From NCBI GenBank assembly GCA_023213395.1, contig CM041465.1:227237741-227301740 (forward strand): a stretch of 64,000 bases of DNA, in the 5' to 3' direction. This DNA is from Cycas panzhihuaensis. Taxonomy: Eukaryota > Plantae > Cycadophyta. A model generated the notes under the pieces. It was not told where the DNA came from, made no database searches, and saw only the letters and a program-made list of their open reading frames with translations. Position numbers and translations under genes: made by a program. Shown in pieces: positions 55,201 through 64,000 of this stretch (the first letter of the stretch is position 1; each line of letters opens with the position of its first letter).

Positions 55201-58200
55201 TGTCTTCTTGGTGATTATAACAAAAGAAAAGATTCTTCTTTCTCTTGGCATCCTTACCTTATTTGCACCATTCTAGTCCTTACAATAAAGATCACATGCT
55301 CTGATATCAAAAATGTGTTCCTAAAGTGGAGTGTAGTTGGTGAAGAAATTAATTACTAATCCTTTTTCTTGAGATCGTAAGGTGTTAGTGTAAAATTCTT
55401 AATAATATCAATAAAAGAGTAAGCCCATAAAAAAGATACTCTACACCAACTCATGCATACTTACCATTACTATAAGATAAGAAGAATAATACTTCTATTA
55501 GGCTAGAAAAACCTCCTTTCAATGGTGTAGGCAAAAAACTAGCAAAGAATAGGTAAGTTATTATGAATACATAATACAACAGTACCATAAAGGGCCTCTA
55601 ACTTCCCAAGACTCCTGCAATGAAGCCCCTAATCTCCAAAATGGATGTTTGAAGTGTTAAAATTTGTCTCCTCTATGGTCTTCAACATATCCTAAGTGTT
55701 GCCTCAATGTTGTTCCTAAGTCAAGTGTCTCCCACACACAAGAACCAAGTCTCCAACATAAAAAATGAGCTCAAGAGGGCTTAATTTATAGAAAGAAATA
55801 TATCAACAACTAAAATGTATATTTTTCAAGTGGCATTCATGTAAGCCCAATTACCAACAACCAAAATGCATGTTATCCAAGTGGTATTCATGTAAGTTGA
55901 AAAAGATACATCATGGTACCTAGGGCTAACAAACTTAACTTGAATTTAAATTTTATACATGTATTGGTAGATATGCCCCCTTTATGTCCTCAAAATTTTA
56001 GCTCATTTGGGTCCCACTTTCCCCTATTTTTATTGAATTAAAAATATCATATGATTGTTGTTTTCCTATTGGTTGTGGGAGATATTTTTTATAAAATAGG
56101 GATTGTCATCTAGTCAAATGATATTTTTTGAAGCCTACCTTTTTCAAACATGTAGTAGGATGTGTATTCTTCTTGACCATAAAATTTCACATTATTTTAA
56201 CACTATTTGGCCCTATTTCATTCAATTGTGCTAATGTTTAGCATTTTCTACTTCCTATAGACATAAGGTAGATCCTCTTGGATCATGGCTCCCCTTCCTT
56301 GGAAAACAACCAACTCCTATTTGGCTTAGAACTGAAAATAGGGGAGGCTTTATTCCTATTACTACCTACAAAACCACTTGGCCTTACTAGGTAGTTGTCT
56401 TGCTACTCAAATCCTAAAAGATTCATATGTCTTATTTCTTGTTTTAGTGGATTTTCTCTCCAAGATAGAACCCTCCTTGAGAGGCTCCTCACTTTCTAAA
56501 TACAAGTCATCAACTGAAGGTAAAGTAAACTAGTCCTACTCCTTATCTAGCATGGAGGGCTTAAAGAGCTTCAAATATTCAGCATTTACTACTAAATATA
56601 TTTACATATAAAGTAGAAGATCACGTTGGAAAGTATTACCACCTACTTTCCTCAATATCTTGAATGGCCTATACCTTATAGGTTTGAGTTTCTTGCCTTC
56701 TCCTTTCAACCCCTCCTTACTCAAGTATAACCAAACTAAATCTCCTTCTTGAAAAGTATACTCTTACCTATGCTTGTCATGTCTTTTCTTGTACTTTTGC
56801 TAAGTCCTTAAAAGTTGATCATGCACTTCTTTATGGACTCTTTGTATCTTTTCCAAGTATCTCAAAGCCTTGTTATACCCCTTATTCTTTTTGGCAAATC
56901 CTTCCTTAGCTTATATAGAAAACTCTAAGTCAAATAGACTTTGAGGTAAGTATCTCAAACAAACTTCAAAAGGTACTTTAGAGTGTGATGTATGCATTTC
57001 CTTATTGAATATAAATTATAGAAAAGACAATGATTCATCTAAAGTCTTTGGATGCTTAGAATTATATCTCCTCAATAAATATATGAAACTTCTATTTACT
57101 ACTTCAATTTGTCCATCTGTTTGAGGATGGAAACTTGCACTTCTCTTTAATTTAGTGTCCATCATCTCCTATAGTACCTTCCAAAATGATGAAAAGAATT
57201 GAGTGTCCCAATATAAAATGATAAAAGAAGGCAAGCCAAAATTTTTCCATACATGCTCAAAGAACAACTCAACTGCCCTTACTCATGTGATTGTCTTTTT
57301 ACAAGGTATTAAATATATCATCTTGTTGAACCTATCTACAACAATAAAGTGATAGTCTTGTCCCTTCCTAGTCATGGGAAGTCCCCCTAAAAAATCCATG
57401 GAGATACTTTCTCAAGGCCTAGAGGGAATAGGTAGTGGTATATACAATCCTAATTTTCTAGTAGAAGGCTTAACATTGCATATCTTTTTACATATTTGCT
57501 TACATCATTTTGTATCTTTGGCTATACAACATGTATTCTCAAGTTTGATAAAGTCTTCTCTACACCAAAGTGACCAACACTTTAGAAGTATGGGCATCTC
57601 TAAGCTACTTGATCTTATCTCCTTTTGATGGAACATAGAACTTCTCCCATTTGAAAAATATACCATCCTTCAAAGTAAGTTGGGAAGGTCTTCTTTTCAT
57701 TATGTTCTCTAATTCTTCCTTCAAGGTTTAATCCTTCTTAAGCACCAAGATAATTGGTGACCCACAGGGTTAACATGAAGATATTATGACCCCTTGATTA
57801 ATTAACTCCTCAACTTGCCCTTTTATCTCATTATTCTCTACAATGAAGTGCCTATACAAAGCAACAATATGTAATGGTGCATCTCCTATAAGAGTGATTT
57901 AATGCTCTATCTTTCTCTTTGGTGGTAGCCTATTAACATGCTAAAATATAATGTTATACCTTATCTTCAACTCCTTAATTCATTACATTTGTTTAGGTGA
58001 TACAAGAAGAGTATGAGTAGAAGGGCCTCCTTCATCTCTTGGCTCTTCTTTGCTCCTTACCATTAAGATAATAAATTTTCCACATGTATTAATCATCCTT
58101 TTTTCTTGAGTGGCTAAAATTAATGCCATCTTGTCTAAGTGTTTCTTTATAGCCTTTATAAAGGATCCCTTGTTATCCTTCATCAATTGGTACTTTTTCT

Positions 58201-61200
58201 CCTTTTGATAGAAGAGTGTATCTCGATCCCATAAGTAGGGACTCCTAAGTGTAACATGACACATATCTAATAGTACGACATCACATATCACTTCATCAAA
58301 AAAGTATTAGTAATGGAAAATTTAAATGTATATTACTTTGATATTTGCATTTCCATATCTTTATGGATCTAACCAAGAGGATATAAGTGAGGGTGAGGAG
58401 TAGTTATCAACCCAAGGCTCTTCACCAAATTTTTTGAGATCAAATTCTTTTAGCTCTCTATATCTATAATAGCACCAATAGTATTATTTCCTATTTGAAG
58501 CTTTAAGTGAAATAATTTCTCCCTTATAGCATCATCACCATAATTTATAAGTAGAGTAGCCTTCTCTTCTTCTTCTTCACTTTGAAGCTCCACCTCAGAA
58601 AGTAGTGCTTTTATTTTTTCCTTCCGTTTTTATTCCATGTCCTTAATATGCTTTGGCTTTAGCTCTAGATGCAACTTCCAATACTTTACTGTAACATGAC
58701 CAATAATATCAGAATGCTCATAATAGTTATAACTTTGAACAAAATTAGTTCTTTTCTTCTTTCCTTCTTGACTTTTAGATGAGTGTAATTTATGATTCTT
58801 TTCATGCTTATTAGAAGTAAAAGTAGAATCTTTAGATATGAATATAGGTTTCTTACTTATACTTTCTATTGCAATAGCCATTTTACTTATTTCTCTAATG
58901 GATTGAACCTTAAAAAGCTTTAGTTCCTTCCTTATGTAATCATGTAATCCTCTAATAAATTTCATAAGAGTGCTATGTTCATCCATATTAATACTAAGTA
59001 ACATGCCATGCTTGAAAAATAAAGAAGTATAGTCTTGGGCACATATACCTCTTCCTTGGAATAAATATTGCCAAGTGATCCGTTGGTCTTCATCATGACC
59101 TATGGGGTAGTATTCCTTCTTTATTACTTTCTTAAAATCCATCCAAGAGAAAGAAAATACATCATGGGTCTTCAAATACATATTCTACCATGTCAATTCA
59201 TGTTTACACAACTTAAGCCTATTAAATGAATTTTTTTGAGTATTACTATAAGTATAAATTATGAAGTAGGTTTCAAATTGATCCAACTAATGGTCCAACT
59301 TTTCTACATTTACCTCTCCATCATAAATTAGAATGTCTAACTTTGCCTCCATCTTGAAGGGTTGATGAGATGAAGTACCCTTGCTTTCTTCAAATGAGTG
59401 GTTTAAGGTCTACTCATTTTCTTCTTTATGGTTGTGGTCATCCTTGGATCCTCCGTCAACTTTCTTCTCTTGGCCTTTGCCCTTGACTATAGGTAGAAGT
59501 TGGGTTATTATTTGCATCAAAACTTCTATGTTCTTCTTAAGCTTCTCAAATCTAATTTCTTCATCTTTTTTTTCAGCCATGGTGCTTAGATTCTTTCTTT
59601 GTCTTCTTAGTGATTTCAACACAAAAAAAACTTCTTCTTTCTCTTATTATTCTTTATTTTTTTCGCATCATTCAAGTCCCTACAATAAAGATCACATGCT
59701 TTAATACCAAAAATGTGTCTCCAAAGTGGAATGTCATTGGTGAAGACATCAATTACTAATCTTTTTCCATGAAATCCTAGTGTATTAGTGTAAAATTCCC
59801 AACAATAATAATAAAATAGTGAGCCCATGAAAGTAACACTTTACACCAACTTATGTATAGTTGCTATTACTCCAAGATAAGAAGAATAATACTTCTATTA
59901 ACCTAGAAAACCTCTATTTAATAGTGGAGAAAAAAAAAAACTAGCAAAGAATAGGTAAGTTATAATGAAGAAATGATATAACAATACTAGAAGGGGCCTC
60001 TAACTTCCCAAGGCTTCTTTAGTAAAGCTCCTACTCCCCAAAATGGATGCATGAAGTGCTGAAATTTGCCTCCTCTATGGTCTCCAATACCTCCTAAGTG
60101 CTGCCTCAATGTTGCTCCCAAATCAAGTGTATCCCACACATAAGAACTAAGTCTCCAACATAAAAAATGAGTTGAATAAGGCTCAATTTATAGAAGAAAA
60201 TCCATCAACAACCAAAACGCATGTTTTCCAAATGGCATTCATGCAAGTCCAATCACTAACAACCAAATTGTATGTTATCTAAATGGAATTTATACAAGTC
60301 TAAAATGTTATGATAGATATGTCCTATTTATGTCCTCAAAATTTTAGCTCATTTGGATATTATTTGTTCCTATTTTTACTAATTTAAAAATAGTATATAC
60401 TTGTTATTTTTCTATTGGTTGTGGGAGCTATTTTCTATAAAATAGGGCTTGTCATCTAGTCAAATGATATTTTTTAAATCTAAACTTTTGCACACATATA
60501 GTAGAATGTGTTTTCTTACTGCCCATAAAATTTCACATTATTTTGACACCATTTGGCCCCTCTTTTAATTATGCCAATGTATAATATTTTTTGCTTCCTG
60601 TAGATATAAGATAGATCCTCCTAGATCAATTGTTTCCTTATCGAAGGTGAGGAGGAGGAGGAGGAGAGTTGGCTATCGTATTTTATTTTCTTACGCTATT
60701 AGAATTGGATTGCATCAGTTGAGTGACAAGTGTTGAGAAATCTGCCTTTGAAGCAAGGTTGGCTAAATTTACCTTGGAAGGAAGATTGGCTAACTTAACC
60801 TTCATCTTTTGTAAAAAAGCTTCTACCTTAATATCTAGCGAAGAGATCTTTTCTCCTTGTGATCATGCCATTAAGAGTATAGAATTGGATTTAAACAATC
60901 AAAACTCAGTGAAGAGCTCGTTGAAATAAGATAGATGAGTTGTAGGGATAAAATTAAGTAGCAGGACCCACCGGTGACTTGAGTGCCACTATACCAAAAA
61001 AATAAATAGTAAAGATTAAGCTAATGAAAATTGATTAATATAATGCACTAATCAAAATAGGATGTATGGGTTTTAATTATGATTTTCTTTTGTTAGTGAT
61101 TTTTTTCCTATGTTGCAAGTTCAATGATTTGGGTTGGTTTTTATTCTAATAAGTATTAATGAAGTTATGGCCTTCTCTTTGTAGTTCCATATCTTTAGTG

Positions 61201-62325
61201 ATAGGTGTACAACAATAATTCAACAAACTCAATTTCTTTGTGCGAGCGAAACTTCAAATTAGAGGAGAGCTACTAGACTCTAATATTAGGAGTGCTTGGC
61301 TCTATAGGCCCTATGACAGACTTCTCTATCATTACTATAACTTAGCCCAATATCTTAGGGCACTACCTTTAAAGGAAAGACCACCTCTATAAGTTTTATA
61401 ACCATGTAAAGATGTTCATATAGAGTAGATTTTGGGTGCTAATTATTAACTCATGTACTACATAAGATAAATGACCAAAGGTTTACCTATTCTAAGCTAG
61501 GTAGAGAGCCTATTAAGGTCCTCCTATATACCTGAGAGTATGTGGATACTCAATTTCATAGTTAGTTCTGCCTGAGGTTTGGTTTAATAGACTTAACTAA
61601 AGTTCTTCATATAAGGGCAAAAAAGTCGTAATATACTTAGCCTAGAACAATAGACCCTCATGATATTTATAAACCCCTAGTATAAGGTCTCTACCTATCT
61701 AAGTTAGTTAGTTGCCAAGTATAGTTATCTATCTAAGAAGAGAGAGGAAGGGAGTAGTAAAGGGTAGCTTTAAGTAGTGTTATCTATCCTTGAATAAAAA
61801 TTAAAATGACTAAAAGTTTGAGACTAAAAACAATAGTATAGGAAAAGGGTTACAAGTGTCACTAAAGGGAAAAACTTTTATCCCTTTCTCAGCTTTTGAA
61901 TACCTTTGTAGGGTCATTGATCCTTGCTCTAATACCACTTAGAGTGTATCTTCCTAAAATTATCCTTGTGAATCTAAAATTAGAAGAGTTGAAAGAATAA
62001 ATAAAGCACTTTTATCAACTTTGGAGGCTAATATTATAGATTAGCATGCACAATAGATACTAAAAGAGCATCAAAGGAGTACCAAAGTACTTTCTCTTAA
62101 TAAAATGACATAATAATCTATATTTGTTACAAGTAATCTCTAACCCTTAAATAGACAAGAGGGGGTCTTTCTTCAACAATCTTATGAGAAACCTTAATGG
62201 CCTTATATATCATTAGAGGACCTAGCAACCTATGCACAAAACTTAATAGTTAACATCACACTTAACTCTTGACATTTTCTCCATACTAGTGCCTCTTTCG
62301 CTTAAGAAGATGAGGTTATATTACA
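46221..62325 (-). mobile_element. Degenerate Ty3/Gypsy LTR retrotransposon (Gypsy D), interrupted in gag by Gypsy E
   Basis: LTRs at 46221-46635 and 61940-62325. TSD aaagg/atagg. PBS gctctaatacca 61926-61937. PPT cccccc after 46635. Protease ILIDDGTSLNFV (about 49865-49900), RT VIIFFDDILIY (about 48865-48900), integrase IAMDFITGL (about 47670-47700), in Gypsy order. Confidence 0.9.
50931..60628 (-). mobile_element. Tandem three-LTR Gypsy element (Gypsy E): LTR-int-LTR-int-LTR, each unit gag-protease-integrase without RT/RNase H
   Basis: LTRs at 50931-51897, about 55311-56285 and about 59711-60628. One perfect outer TSD attgt (50926-50930, 60629-60633). PBS at 55298-55309 and 59698-59709. PPT-like tracts after 51897 and 56285. 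Gag ORF 58630..59181, integrase ORF 52715..53005. Confidence 0.93.
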
Positions 62326-63863
62326 ATAGGAGATCATAGTTCATTATAGATTTTAAAAAGAAATTCAAAAATAAAATCACTAGGTAATTTTATAGATATA
62401 ATGACTACACAAATTAAATCAATGCATAGGGTTGGGCATAACTAAGAATACAACATGATTATGATACAAATATTACTCAATAAACTAGTGGATTGATTTC
62501 TTCACACAAGCATAACATGTAGGTGAATAGAGCAAATCAAGGGAATAGTTATAGTGGTCAAGTAATAAATGAGGAACACAACCTCATAATAAAGTGATGA
62601 TGATGGAGATAGGATGGTAATTATAGATTTCAATAAGAGGGTACCTTGATTAATAAAAAAACTTCATAGGTATGGTGAATCAATTATAGGTCAAATAAAG
62701 GTAATGATGGATGGATCAACAGTAATAAGAATGCCACAATGAATAATAAGCAGTGAAAACAAATAGGTAGGGTTTCTTCCACATGATCATGAATGTATTA
62801 ATGGAGTCATGAATGAAGCCTCACTAGACAATAAACAAATGAGTAGTTCTTCAAGCCCTAGCCATCAACTAGTAAACTAGTAATTTATAATAATTATGTA
62901 ACTCAGGTTAATGTCTTACTAGGACCTTTCTTCACTTGTTCTCTAGGCATTCGCCTTTGTCTCAACTCTAATAGCATGTAAAATAAATAATAATAATGAT
63001 AATAATAGTATACTAGGATCAAAATGGTATCATGAGATACCTTAATTTTTTATTACTTAAAATAATAGTATATAATAATATTTATAATATATCTTTACTT
63101 TATATAGGGACCACCATATATGTGGTCAACATTACATATTGCATAAATGTGCATTATCACCTATATTTTCTCCTAATATTTCTCATACTATAATATTGCA
63201 TTTTAACACTTCTAATAATTTCCTACTAAAAATCATAGAGAGTACTCACTCATCCCTCTAAAGAAGTGGGGATTAACTCAGTCCAAGTTCCTTCATAACC
63301 ATAATAACTAGAGCATAACTCATTCAACCCTATCTTAAACTATAATTCATCATTATTAAAATAGTCTAATGAGATTAATATAGTAGATCATATACATATT
63401 TATAACACTAACTAATTAAGTCCCTTACATAAGATGGTAGTGGTCACCAAGAGATGTAAACCTTTCTAGATGGTATTCTCTAGAATTGCATTTTCTAGGT
63501 TGTAGAACCTCATATGAGCTTGGATAATAAGTAGTCAATGCTTAAATGATGACAAATATAACTTTACTTAGCTTCTTTCTTTAACTCTATAATAAATCTC
63601 TTAAATAAATAAGTCTTTATTTAAATATTTTCCTACAAAATAGAGAGTGTGCTTTTGTCCTATTAACTTAGAATATCTTTTAGTATAGATGTAGATGATT
63701 CATAAAAATCTTATTATTAACTATGGGCATCTCTCTTTTATTATGTTACCAAAAATAAAACCAAAAGTCCAGATCTAAGTCCATTTAAAAATGTTTAGTT
63801 ACTCCCTTACTTTTTACTAAACTTGCACTTGCATGGAAAAACTCTTTCTAGTATCCAAAACTT

Positions 63864-63910
63864 AAAAAAAAAAAAAAAAAAGAAAAAAAAAAAGAAGAAG
63901 AAGAAAAAAA
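63864..63910. repeat. Poly(A)/(GAA)n low-complexity tract
   Basis: Direct reading. Confidence 0.85.
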
Positions 63911-64000
63911 CCCTTCCTTCTCATACTTCTTAGACTACACCTCCTCCTTAAGGATGATTTGGTTCATTATCATTAATGCCATTAAGGTTGAGTGGAGGAT

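Larger units (their letters stand above)
44305..63208 (-). mobile_element. Second gag-only Copia-type element (host of Gypsy D); its own sequence is about 44305-46220 plus 62331-63208; 3' LTR not identified
   Basis: Gag remnant PIPNYHGENYFF*IYKMR..RKDNKAL..FPKVYHTSTSKEAWDIL (about 45220-45520) resembles the 7863-8207 peptide. Eroded PBS actctaatagca 62965-62976, then a TG..CA segment 62977-63208 sharing motifs (ctaggatc..ggta..acct, aaatgtgcatta) with LTR 10023-10246. Confidence 0.65.

Overview
This is AT-rich eukaryotic plant nuclear DNA. A gymnosperm-like origin is an inference from the old, transition-eroded retroelements and the PPR gene style. The only host gene is an intronless PLS-class PPR RNA-editing factor (minus strand, 19128-21593). 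Its PPR/E/PG-box part is open, but its DYW deaminase domain is cut off by two 2-bp deletions and is decaying. The rest is mostly nested retrotransposons. Degenerate autonomous-type elements: three Ty1/Copia, two Ty3/Gypsy and one L1-type LINE. Non-autonomous elements: (i) a young 600-bp composite SINE with three tRNA-like Pol III modules, poly(A) and a target-site duplication (TSD); (ii) a 356-bp TRIM whose U5/PBS/internal junction mimics a tRNA gene; (iii) two related gag-only LTR elements; (iv) a 1.9-kb non-coding LTR element; (v) a three-LTR tandem Gypsy whose two units share the same in-frame loss of RT and RNase H. All alignments, translations and mismatch counts were done by eye; no database search was run, so novelty is untested.
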